Shown here piece by piece: positions 11,218 to 20,105 of a stretch of DNA of 64,000 bases. Made by a program: the position numbers and the translations under genes. This DNA is from a phage. The notes below the pieces were generated by a model. That model was not told where the DNA came from. It worked only from the letters and a program-made list of their open reading frames with translations, and searched no databases. Each line of letters begins with the position of its first letter. Within the stretch, counting starts at the first letter, position 1. Location of the stretch: the sequence record PZ445488.1; one strand, 5' to 3'.

Positions 11218-11895
11218 TTACGCAAAAGATACATAAAAACGAATAGCTTCTAAGGCATTAATAACGTGTAAACAGAGGTAAAGAGATTTCATTAAAGCAC
11301 GTTTAGCTTCGGCTTCTTGTTTAATAGCTCGGTTTAAACGAAAATCAGCATCAGGAGATTCTTTAGCTAGTTCTACAAATTCTTTAGCATTTTCCCATTC
11401 ACGGGTTTTAATCAGAACGTCATCATAATAACGTCCAATGGATTCAGCGCGTTTCATAATAGCTTCATCTAATACAATTTCATCAAATACCTTCGATGGA
11501 TCGGTATAAAGATTTCGCATAATATGAGTATACGAACGAGAGTGAATAGTTTCACTGAATGTCCATGTTGCGACCCATGTATCTAATGAAGGGTCAGAAA
11601 TAAGTGCCATAAGTACCGCAGATGGGGCCCTGCCTTGGATAGAATCTAATAATGATTGATACTTAAGATTGTTTGTAAAGATGTCCTGTTGGAACTGAGG
11701 AAGCTTATTGAACTGCGCGGAGTCCAACATCAAGTTTACCTCTTCTGGGCGCCAGAAAAACGACAATTGCTTTTCAATAAGTTCTTCGAAAACTTTATGA
11801 CGCTGAATATCATACCGTGCGAGGCCAAGACCAGAACCAAAGAACATCGGCTCATTCAAAACATCGACTTGTTGCGTGTTAAAAACTGTACTCAT
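11218..11895 (-). CDS. nrdB: ribonucleotide reductase small subunit, exon 1
   Basis: 225-aa N-terminal part ending ...EAIRFYVSFA followed by in-frame stop inside the intron. Confidence 0.85.
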   Translation of the reverse strand: MSTVFNTQQVDVLNEPMFFGSGLGLARYDIQRHKVFEELIEKQLSFFWRPEEVNLMLDSAQFNKLPQFQQDIFTNNLKYQSLLDSIQGRAPSAVLMALISDPSLDTWVATWTFSETIHSRSYTHIMRNLYTDPSKVFDEIVLDEAIMKRAESIGRYYDDVLIKTREWENAKEFVELAKESPDADFRLNRAIKQEAEAKRALMKSLYLCLHVINALEAIRFYVSFA

Positions 11896-11950
11896 TATAT
11901 TTTCTCACTTAGTTATTAACTCATCCATGAGTAAATTATAATCAAAAGTC

Positions 11951-14206
11951 TTAAAGCTTACAAGCAGAACAATCTTCAGCTTTAGGTGTTTCTAATTCAT
12001 AGTCATCTGTACCTGACCCATCACGAGTGTTATGATAGTAGAGGTTTTTTCCGCCAAAGTACCAGAAGTAAAGCAGATCGTCAAGCATTACCGACATTGG
12101 CACTTTACCTTTCTCAAATACTGCAGGGTCATAGTAAGTATTAGCAGAAGCAGATTGGCACACCCATTTCAACATGATAGCAACTTGAGTCAAATAAGGT
12201 TTATTACCTTTCTTAGCAAGTTTCCACGCGTAGTCGTAAAGACTCATGTTATGTTCGATATTAGGAACAACCTGACGGAAGTTGCCTTCTTTAGATTCTT
12301 TAATACTTACAGGTCCACGAGGTGGTTCTATACCGTTTGTGCTATTTGAGACTTGACTGCTTGATTCACATGGCATGAGAGCACTAAGTGTACTGTTACG
12401 AATTCCGTGTTCTTTGAGTTCAGCTCGAAGTTCTTCCCAGTCACAGACGTAGTTCGGGGCTGCGATTTGGTCAATCTTTTTATTGTACCAGTCGATAGGT
12501 AATTCGCCTCTAGACCATTTAGTGTCTGAATAATACTCACAAGGTCCTTTTTCTTTGGCGAGTTTGATTGAAGCTTTGATAAGGCCATATTGCAATCTCT
12601 CGAACAATTCATGAGTCAAATCGTTAGCGTCTTCATATGAAGCAAAGTTAGAAGCTAACCATGCAGCATAGTTCGTCACACCGACACCGAGATTTCGACG
12701 CTTTTTAGCTTTTAAAGCTTCTGGAACTGGATAATCTTGATAGTCTAACAGGTTATCAAGTGCACGTACTTGTACTTCAGCAAGTTCATTAATTTTATCT
12801 TGGTCTTGCCAATCAAATTTATCTAATACAAAAGCAGATAACGTGCATAAACCAATTTCAGCATCAGGACCATTCACATCATTAGTTGGAATAGCGATTT
12901 CACAACATAAGTTACTCTGTCGAATTGGAGCTTTTTCACGAATAAATGGAGTGTAGTTGTTCGTGTTATCAACAAACTGTGGATAAATTCGAGCAGTACC
13001 AGAACGTTCAGTCATGAACAATTCAAAGAGTTCTAGTGCTTTGATTCTTTTCTTTCTGATTGTTGGGTCTTTTTCAGCTTTCTCATAAAGCTCACGGAAT
13101 TTATCTTGATCTTCAAAGAATGAGTAATATAGTTCGCCTGACATTTCGTGAGGGCTAAATAAAGTAATATAATCATTTTTACCAAGGCGTTCCATCATGA
13201 GGTCATTAATCTGAATTCCATAGTCCATATGTCGAATACGGTTTTCATCCACGCCTTTGTTATTTTTCAGAACTAATAGGTTCTCTACTTCTAAGTGCCA
13301 CATCGGATAATACGCTGTAGCAGCACCACCACGAATACCACCTTGAGAACAAGATTTTACTGCAGTTTGGAAATGTTTCCAGAATGGAATAACACCCGTA
13401 TGTCGAACTTCACCCATACCGATCTTAGAACCTTCTGCACGAAGCATACCAACGTTGATACCGATACCAGCTCGTTTAGAAATATATTCAATAATTGATG
13501 CTGAAGTTTTGTTAATAGATTTTAACGAATCACCGGCTTCAATAACTACACAACTAGAGAACTGGCGAGTTGGAGTACGAGCACCTGCCATAATTGGAGT
13601 AGGCAATGAAACTTGATGAGTAGAAACGGCATCATAAAACCGAATAATATGTTTCAAACGGTCATGAGTTTCGTCTTGATGTAAGGCCATGCCAATAGCC
13701 ATGATAGCAAACTGTGGAGTTTCATAAATCTTCCCAGTTGTTTTATCTTTAACTAGATATTTTTCTTTAAGCTGCATAGCACCAGCGTAAGTCAGATCAA
13801 AATCTCGCTCATGTTTAATCCGAGAATCAAGATAAATGATTTCTTCTGCAGAATATCTAGATAACAACTCAGGACCATATTTGCCTTCATTAACACAATA
13901 CGAGATATGGTCGATAAAAGCAGGAGGTTCAAACTGACCATACACGTCTTTACGAAGCGCAAACATTAATCCTTTAGCGGCAACATATTGATAATCAGGT
14001 TCTTCAACAGAAATCGAGTTAGCTGCAACTTTAATACAAATCTTCTGAATATCTTTGGTGCTCATCCCGTCAACAAGATGGGTCTTAATTTCTTCGTACA
14101 ATTCATATGGGTCGATTTGTGTTCCTTCACATTGCCAAGTTAAGACTTGAATAATTTTCTGTGCATCAAAATTTTGTGATACACCACTGCTCTTAGTTAC
14201 TTGCAT
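11951..14206 (-). CDS. nrdA: ribonucleotide reductase large subunit
   Basis: 751 aa; class Ia RNR features (ATP-cone N-terminus, catalytic NLCCEI...CES region, C-terminal redox-active Cys pair). Confidence 0.95.
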   Translation of the reverse strand: MQVTKSSGVSQNFDAQKIIQVLTWQCEGTQIDPYELYEEIKTHLVDGMSTKDIQKICIKVAANSISVEEPDYQYVAAKGLMFALRKDVYGQFEPPAFIDHISYCVNEGKYGPELLSRYSAEEIIYLDSRIKHERDFDLTYAGAMQLKEKYLVKDKTTGKIYETPQFAIMAIGMALHQDETHDRLKHIIRFYDAVSTHQVSLPTPIMAGARTPTRQFSSCVVIEAGDSLKSINKTSASIIEYISKRAGIGINVGMLRAEGSKIGMGEVRHTGVIPFWKHFQTAVKSCSQGGIRGGAATAYYPMWHLEVENLLVLKNNKGVDENRIRHMDYGIQINDLMMERLGKNDYITLFSPHEMSGELYYSFFEDQDKFRELYEKAEKDPTIRKKRIKALELFELFMTERSGTARIYPQFVDNTNNYTPFIREKAPIRQSNLCCEIAIPTNDVNGPDAEIGLCTLSAFVLDKFDWQDQDKINELAEVQVRALDNLLDYQDYPVPEALKAKKRRNLGVGVTNYAAWLASNFASYEDANDLTHELFERLQYGLIKASIKLAKEKGPCEYYSDTKWSRGELPIDWYNKKIDQIAAPNYVCDWEELRAELKEHGIRNSTLSALMPCESSSQVSNSTNGIEPPRGPVSIKESKEGNFRQVVPNIEHNMSLYDYAWKLAKKGNKPYLTQVAIMLKWVCQSASANTYYDPAVFEKGKVPMSVMLDDLLYFWYFGGKNLYYHNTRDGSGTDDYELETPKAEDCSACKL

Positions 14207-14294
14207 TATATTCCTCAGTATAGGTTGATAGACATTACTCCAAACGGGATAGTATTTATCCCGTTAATTTATTATACACTTTTAAACTGAAGCG

Positions 14295-14549
14295 TTAATT
14301 ATTCTTAGCAATAATTTCTTTGTATTCTTTAGGTGTCAAGACTGTGATATTGAAATAAACCAACGGTTCTTTTTCCATACCGTAACCACCACAAAATTCA
14401 CGATATTCATAAATTCGTTCGTGTGAATGACAAATGAATCGTTCACCTTTAACTGTGATTTCACTATTTGGTGAAGGGATATCCAGTTCGGTAGGATTTT
14501 TCATTTCAAAAATTGTGGTGCCATATGAATTAATAAAACGTAAAATCAT
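14295..14549 (-). CDS. hypothetical protein (nrdA.1 position)
   Basis: 84-aa ORF between nrdA and td. Confidence 0.4.
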   Translation of the reverse strand: MILRFINSYGTTIFEMKNPTELDIPSPNSEITVKGERFICHSHERIYEYREFCGGYGMEKEPLVYFNITVLTPKEYKEIIAKNN

Positions 14550-15410
14550 TTATACCGCCATTTTAGCTTTGATAGTTGGATGAGATTCGTAATTTTTAAG
14601 AATGAAATCACTCGGATTCATATGCTCTGTTACCCAATGAAGCTGTAATGTCGTGCTCCAATCAGAGAATCCTTCAGGCCAATCAATTTTAAGTTCACAC
14701 AGTTCTTTAGGCTCACGACGAAGAACTTCTTTGCACTGCTCTACATGGTTGCTGTAGATATGCGTATTGCCGCCTGAGAATACTAAATCACCCGGGATAA
14801 GATTACACATCTTAGCCACAATATGCGTCAAGGCAGCGTACGAGGCAATGTTGAACGGCAGGCCCAAGAAAACATCTACACTGCGTTGATACCATTGTAA
14901 ATCAAGATGACCATTACGCACATTAAATTGATAGAACATATGACAAGGAGGAAGAGCCATTTGGTCAATTTCGGCAGGGTTCCAGGCAGAAACAATTTGA
15001 CGACGATCAGTTGGTAATTTTTTAATACGGTCGATTGTTTCAACTAATTGGTCCACACCACCGAAATCACGCCATTGTTTACCATATATAGGACCAAGTT
15101 CACCACTATGATAACCAAGGTCTTTTGCCTGATTTTCGTAATTATCGTCCCAAATAGTTTTACCTTCAATTAGACTACCATGAGTACGAAGACGTAATTC
15201 ATTAACATTAGTAGAACCGGACATGAACCACAGTAACTCGGCAATACAAGCTTTCCATGCTAATTTCTTAGTTGTTACTGCAGGGAATCCTTTAGTCAGG
15301 TCCCAACGTAATTTAGTTCCGAACAGGGCAATTGTTCCTGTGCCTGTACGGTCGTCTGTTTCGTAGCCATTTTCTAGGATATCATTAATCAGGTATTGGT
15401 ATTGTTTCAT
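14550..15410 (-). CDS. td: thymidylate synthase, uninterrupted (no td intron)
   Basis: 286 aa continuous ORF, same length as T4 TS; conserved ThyA regions including the active-site Cys in PCHMFYQF. Confidence 0.95.
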   Translation of the reverse strand: MKQYQYLINDILENGYETDDRTGTGTIALFGTKLRWDLTKGFPAVTTKKLAWKACIAELLWFMSGSTNVNELRLRTHGSLIEGKTIWDDNYENQAKDLGYHSGELGPIYGKQWRDFGGVDQLVETIDRIKKLPTDRRQIVSAWNPAEIDQMALPPCHMFYQFNVRNGHLDLQWYQRSVDVFLGLPFNIASYAALTHIVAKMCNLIPGDLVFSGGNTHIYSNHVEQCKEVLRREPKELCELKIDWPEGFSDWSTTLQLHWVTEHMNPSDFILKNYESHPTIKAKMAV

Positions 15411-15994
15411 TTATATACGCTCTCAGTAATTTCGGTGAGTTCATCGATTCTGTAGTAATGAGATTCTACCATAGAACGTTGAAGCATAATATCTTGGATG
15501 AAATCTTTATCAAGTTGAACATCGGAATTAACACGACATTTCTTAATGATTTTAGTCATCACAATTTCATCGGCATAAGGCAGTGCTTGTTTTAATAAGG
15601 CAGGACCGCCGATAACAGATACATCAACATGTTCAGTAGAAAGTTTAAACGGTACGTCTGTTGAAGGGCCGAACAAGTTAATTTCACTACCAGTCACCAG
15701 GGTAATAAATTCTGCTTGGGTGATATAGAACCGTGCAAGTTCATCAGTTTTAGTCCTAGGCAGTTTTCTGGCCATATCAGTGACAACCACATGAGTACGA
15801 TCTGGTAGTAGACGAGGTAATGACGCAAAAGTCTTAGCACCCATAACCAATACAGTGTTTTTAGTGCGAGCAACAAAGTTACTCATATCTTGTTTGATAT
15901 GCTTCCATGGAAGTCCATCACCTAATCCAAAAGCATATTCTAGTTTATCATCAACTGTTTTAGATGGTGCGCATGCGAATACTAATTTAAGCAT
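15407..15994 (-). CDS. frd: dihydrofolate reductase
   Basis: 195 aa; LGDGLPW and VLVMGAKTF motifs, T4 Frd-like. Confidence 0.9.
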   Translation of the reverse strand: MLKLVFACAPSKTVDDKLEYAFGLGDGLPWKHIKQDMSNFVARTKNTVLVMGAKTFASLPRLLPDRTHVVVTDMARKLPRTKTDELARFYITQAEFITLVTGSEINLFGPSTDVPFKLSTEHVDVSVIGGPALLKQALPYADEIVMTKIIKKCRVNSDVQLDKDFIQDIMLQRSMVESHYYRIDELTEITESVYK

Positions 15995-15996
15995 TT

Positions 15997-16245
15997 TTAT
16001 TTCCTCAGATTTTTCTTAACAACTTTCCAATCAGCTTTAAACGATTCAACATCAGAGTGGTGAATCCAGAATCCTGCACTTTCACCATCTTCATAGAGTG
16101 GACATCCATCACATTCTTCGTTCCAACCCATTTCACGTAAAGCTTCTTCAGCTTGTTCAAGGAGTTCAGCATCTTTACCAACGATGTTGAAGTACCATTT
16201 ACCTCTAACTTCTGAATCTTTGATGCTCTGGCGTTGCAATCTCAT
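15997..16245 (-). CDS. hypothetical protein (frd.1 position)
   Basis: 82-aa ORF. Confidence 0.4.
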   Translation of the reverse strand: MRLQRQSIKDSEVRGKWYFNIVGKDAELLEQAEEALREMGWNEECDGCPLYEDGESAGFWIHHSDVESFKADWKVVKKNLRK

Positions 16246-16308
16246 TTTATTCTCCTCTTCACTTTTATTTGATAGGACTACTATAACATAGCCCTATCTT
16301 GTTATAAA

Positions 16309-16701
16309 CTACTTTTTAAAAGTTTTTTGCAAAAGTTTGATGATTTCGTCGACGTTGGTTTCATCTACGATACAATGGATTTTTGTTACACCTAAAGTTA
16401 TACCTTCGTTAGTAGGTTGAGGCTTTACTAAATCTACCTCAGTAAAGTATTTGAACTCGTCAGGATAAATCTCAAAATAAGTTTCAATTTCACCACCGGC
16501 AGAACATACCGTACCATCTTCCATAGTTACACTTACTACGTTTGACGTATCGCTATCATAATCAGGTTCCATTCCGTTTACAACAAAACTAGGCCCGTGG
16601 AGTTCAATCAATTTTAACATCTTAGCATTATTGTGTGGTGCTTCTTGAACAAAGTCATCTTTAAATAAAGGGTTAATGATATAAGATTTTCCGATTTCCA
16701 T
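16309..16701 (-). CDS. hypothetical protein (frd.2 position)
   Basis: 130-aa ORF with promoter upstream. Confidence 0.4.
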   Translation of the reverse strand: MEIGKSYIINPLFKDDFVQEAPHNNAKMLKLIELHGPSFVVNGMEPDYDSDTSNVVSVTMEDGTVCSAGGEIETYFEIYPDEFKYFTEVDLVKPQPTNEGITLGVTKIHCIVDETNVDEIIKLLQKTFKK

Positions 16702-16726
16702 TTTGATTTCCTCATGTTGTTGATAA

Positions 16727-16760
16727 GTCTATACTAACACATCCAGGGAAGAAGTAAACA
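16727..16760 (-). promoter_or_regulatory. T4-type early promoter
   Basis: GTTTAC-N17-TAGTATAG on minus strand. Confidence 0.45.
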
Positions 16761-16792
16761 ACTTTTTTTCAGCAATTTACAGATACTCAAAA

Positions 16793-16810
16793 GGGAGACC
16801 GAAGTCTCCC
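16793..16810 (-). terminator. tetraloop hairpin gggagac-cgaa-gtctccc after gene 32
   Basis: perfect inverted repeat 7 nt after gp32 stop. Confidence 0.55.
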
Positions 16811-16816
16811 AATTTA

Positions 16817-17716
16817 TTATAGACCAGCTAACAGGTCATCGAGGTCGCCATCGTCAGAAGACGAGGAACTCATGAAGTCATCTTCAGTTTTTGCAGAACT
16901 AAAGGCTTCCATGTCTTTATCAAAATCGTCAAGGTCAGAAGCAACTTTATCTGCAACAGAAGCTGCTGCGGCTGCTGCACCACCAAGAGCGGCAGTACCA
17001 AGAACCTTAGCGAAAGATTCATTTAATTTTTCAAAGGACTTGAACTGGTCTTTAGCCGTCAAAGTAGTAAGGTCTACCATCTGGTCATATAGTTCTTTCT
17101 GGAATGCTTCGTCATTAATACGAGGAATTTCAGATTGACCCAAGAATTTAGATTCGTCATAGTTGCTAAAACCGGAAACCTGCTTAGCTTTCAGAACGAA
17201 GTTGGCACCTTCAAACGGGCAAGTAACATCAACCGGAGTTTCACCCATTTCGGTATCAACTGCAATCATTGCATTGATTTTGTCCCAAATCTTTTTACCG
17301 AAACGATATTTAAATACTTTACCTTCATTATCTGGAGCTTGAGGGTCTTTAACAACCAGAATATTAGCCCAATAAGAAGTTTTACGTTTCAGTTGAGAAT
17401 ATTCAGTTTTGTTGGTATTGTACAGGTCATTTTTACTAATGTACTGACATACAGGACAAGAGTCGTAATCACCATGTGTAGAAGAGCAATTTTCAATATA
17501 CCATTTACCATTTTTCTTGAAACCGTGGTTAACAAGAATTGCAAATGGTAGTGCGTCATCAGTTTTTGCTGGCAGGAAACGAATTACCGCTTGACCATTA
17601 CCTGATGCATCTAGCTTCAGCTTCCATTCGCCTTTATCTTCTGAAGAGAAACCTTTGTTACCGTTCAGTTTAGCCATTTGAGCAGCGAGGTCAGCAGTAG
17701 ATTTACGTTTAAACAT
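16817..17716 (-). CDS. 32: single-stranded DNA-binding protein gp32
   Basis: 299 aa; zinc-binding H-x-C-x-C-x-C region and acidic Ser/Asp-rich C-terminal tail; T4 gp32-like. Confidence 0.95.
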   Translation of the reverse strand: MFKRKSTADLAAQMAKLNGNKGFSSEDKGEWKLKLDASGNGQAVIRFLPAKTDDALPFAILVNHGFKKNGKWYIENCSSTHGDYDSCPVCQYISKNDLYNTNKTEYSQLKRKTSYWANILVVKDPQAPDNEGKVFKYRFGKKIWDKINAMIAVDTEMGETPVDVTCPFEGANFVLKAKQVSGFSNYDESKFLGQSEIPRINDEAFQKELYDQMVDLTTLTAKDQFKSFEKLNESFAKVLGTAALGGAAAAAASVADKVASDLDDFDKDMEAFSSAKTEDDFMSSSSSDDGDLDDLLAGL

Positions 17717-17800
17717 TATATTTACCTTTATTTAGATTATTTAGATTATTTAATTTATTTACAGTTGGTTGCTACGACACTTATACCTCGTAGCTGGTAT
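17717..17800 (-). promoter_or_regulatory. gene 32 translational operator (repeated AU-rich elements plus upstream stem/pseudoknot-like hairpin)
   Basis: mRNA leader contains stem GCUACGA...UCGUAGC followed by repeated UAAAUAA elements before the AUG; analogous to T4 gene 32 autoregulatory site. Confidence 0.45.
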
Positions 17801-17841
17801 GATTTATTTATAAAGTAATTTTAACACACAAGAAATAAAGC

Positions 17842-18495
17842 TTAATACTTACATGATTTGATTGTTTCTATGAACAATTTCTTAGCAGCATTTCCATCGA
17901 TTTGAAGTATTTTTCGATATGCCTTTAATTTGGTAGAATAATTTTGCCAGACTAAATTGTCAGTAAGTTCGTCATGCTTATCTATAATATTCAAGAATGA
18001 ATCCAACAACAAGAAGGTTTCAAATGAAATTATATTGCTTTGTAGCAATTTAAATATGTAGCTCGACTGAACTTTATTATTATAATCAAATATCTCTTGA
18101 AGCGCACTAACTTCCACTTTCTTACTGAAATAGTAGATGTTACGTACATCTTCAGCAAACGTCTCCTTGGCTTGTTTGAGACGTCCAATATATTCCCTAT
18201 AGAAAACTAATGCATCAGCGTCTGATATCTCACCAATCCATGCATCTTGGTTAGCAACTAAGTTACTGATGAATATCAAGGTGAGTTCCTTTAACTTATA
18301 TTTCTCTGCTAGTTTCTCAAAGAAATATTTATCTCGACGTTTTTGATACGCATTATCTGAAACACGCATGCACCAGTTATATTTGATTACGTCATACCGA
18401 CCATTAAAATGTTGTTTGCACATCAAGTATAGTTTGTATACCGATTTTCCGTTAATATAACGTTCTCCATCAGGAGGCATGCGTATTTTAATCAT
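17842..18495 (-). CDS. 59: helicase loader gp59
   Basis: 217 aa as in T4; syntenic next to gene 32. Confidence 0.8.
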   Translation of the reverse strand: MIKIRMPPDGERYINGKSVYKLYLMCKQHFNGRYDVIKYNWCMRVSDNAYQKRRDKYFFEKLAEKYKLKELTLIFISNLVANQDAWIGEISDADALVFYREYIGRLKQAKETFAEDVRNIYYFSKKVEVSALQEIFDYNNKVQSSYIFKLLQSNIISFETFLLLDSFLNIIDKHDELTDNLVWQNYSTKLKAYRKILQIDGNAAKKLFIETIKSCKY

Positions 18496-18830
18496 AATAA
18501 GAAATCTAACGTATTAGTTTTTTCACCACGAGCAACTGATGGGCGAAGCATGTTTTCGTCAATTGCTTCGCTTGTAATTTTTTCAACAATTCCTGTAGGA
18601 ATAAATTTAGCAAATTGCGTTTCTGGAATAGAATTTTCTTCCAAGAAAGCAGTTGTTGCTTCTAAATAAGACATACCAAATTGTTCAACCATAGATTCGA
18701 TAATGAATCCGTTTTCTTGACGGTCAAGCAATTTAGCGATATCATCTTTATCGTGTTTTACTGCTAATTCTTGTTCAGATAAACCGGCCTCATCAACCGG
18801 TTTAATATCACTTAGTGAAAACTGTGTCAT
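18492..18830 (-). CDS. 33: late-transcription co-activator gp33
   Basis: 112 aa; ...LDRQENGFIIE...EENSIPETQFAKFIP...KTNTLDFLL matches remembered T4 gp33. Confidence 0.85.
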   Translation of the reverse strand: MTQFSLSDIKPVDEAGLSEQELAVKHDKDDIAKLLDRQENGFIIESMVEQFGMSYLEATTAFLEENSIPETQFAKFIPTGIVEKITSEAIDENMLRPSVARGEKTNTLDFLL

Positions 18831-19077
18831 AAAGCTCGACTACCTCTTCGTTTTCAGCTTCAAATTGGTCACGAGCATCTTTATGATAAAGAGCTAACAA
18901 ACGATTAAACATTTTTCCATCGACACCAAGCTCTTCTTTAGCACGAGTACGAATGTCTTTAATCAGTTCATTATAACCAGAAATTTTAAGTTTGTTATCG
19001 GAAGCTTCCTTGACTAGTTTAGCCAGTTCTTCACCATGCACATCTTGATTAAATTCAACTGCTTCTTTCTTAGCCAT
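18808..19077 (-). CDS. dsbA: double-stranded DNA-binding protein DsbA
   Basis: 89 aa as in T4; syntenic between rnh and 33. Confidence 0.7.
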   Translation of the reverse strand: MAKKEAVEFNQDVHGEELAKLVKEASDNKLKISGYNELIKDIRTRAKEELGVDGKMFNRLLALYHKDARDQFEAENEEVVELYDTVFTK

Positions 19078-19084
19078 GTTTACC

Positions 19085-20002
19085 TCAGAATTCGTTAATT
19101 ACACTTGTTAATTTAGAAAGACCCGATTTTACAAAGTATGAATAAATCTTGCCTTTAGGTTGTTGTTTATACGAGTTATAATACTCTATAATGGTTGAAG
19201 CAATATTATCAGGGATATAATCAAAATCAATGAGAACCAAATTTTCTTGATACCGTTTATATTCTTCTGCGCTTAATAATACTTCAGCTTGAGAACGGTC
19301 ATTGGCAATTGCTTCAATAATCGATGTTTTCATACTCGGAGTTCGTTCACCATCAACTCTGGTAAACCAGAAGTCGCCACGAACTCGAACAGATGCAACA
19401 CCATCCTTACGGTCACCTTTAAGAATTTTAGTCATGCAATCAATTTCAGCAGAACCATTCTTAATTTTAACCCATTTTTTCTGAGGCGGAGACCACTGTT
19501 TAACGTTAGGATATTTGTGTAATTGTGTAAAGTCACCATCTGATGCAACAATACATACTTTATGTCCAGCTAATGACAAATATTTAGTTAATACACCGAT
19601 ATGGTCATCCGCTTCATACTTGTCAATGTCCATTACAACGTATGGCATGTATTTCTTAATCTCATCAACAACTTGATGGAGTGCAGTAAAATATCCTTCC
19701 CAATCCCACTTTGAAGCTTCACGATCGGTTTTACGATTTTTCTTGTAATAGTAAGCAAAATCACGTCGCCAATAACCTGAAGTAGCATTATCCATACACA
19801 ATACAAATTTTGTATAGCCTTGCTTACGGAACATCACTACGTTTTTACGAATTGAATTCAAGATTACATGGCGAACCATCGGAACAGTAATTTTATCGCC
19901 ATCTTCAAAGTTGTTTAACGCGGCTGCTAATGCAATGTTACTAAAGTCAGCAAGTGCAATACCTTCTTTGTAATCTTCATCCAACATCATTTCTAAATCC
20001 AT
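19085..20002 (-). CDS. rnh: RNase H (5'-3' exonuclease, FEN family)
   Basis: 305 aa as in T4; syntenic; acidic-residue pattern typical of FEN nucleases. Confidence 0.85.
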   Translation of the reverse strand: MDLEMMLDEDYKEGIALADFSNIALAAALNNFEDGDKITVPMVRHVILNSIRKNVVMFRKQGYTKFVLCMDNATSGYWRRDFAYYYKKNRKTDREASKWDWEGYFTALHQVVDEIKKYMPYVVMDIDKYEADDHIGVLTKYLSLAGHKVCIVASDGDFTQLHKYPNVKQWSPPQKKWVKIKNGSAEIDCMTKILKGDRKDGVASVRVRGDFWFTRVDGERTPSMKTSIIEAIANDRSQAEVLLSAEEYKRYQENLVLIDFDYIPDNIASTIIEYYNSYKQQPKGKIYSYFVKSGLSKLTSVINEF

Positions 20003-20030
20003 ATGAACCTCTTGTTCAGTTAGTCAACTT

Positions 20031-20064
20031 GACTATAGTAACACACTCATTTGAAAGCGTAAAC
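20031..20064 (-). promoter_or_regulatory. T4-type early promoter for rnh
   Basis: GTTTAC-N17/18-TACTATAG on minus strand. Confidence 0.45.
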
Positions 20065-20065
20065 T

Positions 20066-20073
20066 GGTATAAA
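20066..20073 (+). promoter_or_regulatory. late promoter TATAAATA for gene 34
   Basis: exact TATAAATA 33 nt upstream of gene 34 ATG. Confidence 0.6.
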
Positions 20074-20105
20074 TAAGTATTATTGAAACAATAAAGGAAA
20101 AACGA

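Noticed and set aside
14550-15410. Expected td group I intron (as in T4)
   Set aside because: td is one continuous 286-aa ORF with no interruption, so no intron is present at this gene.
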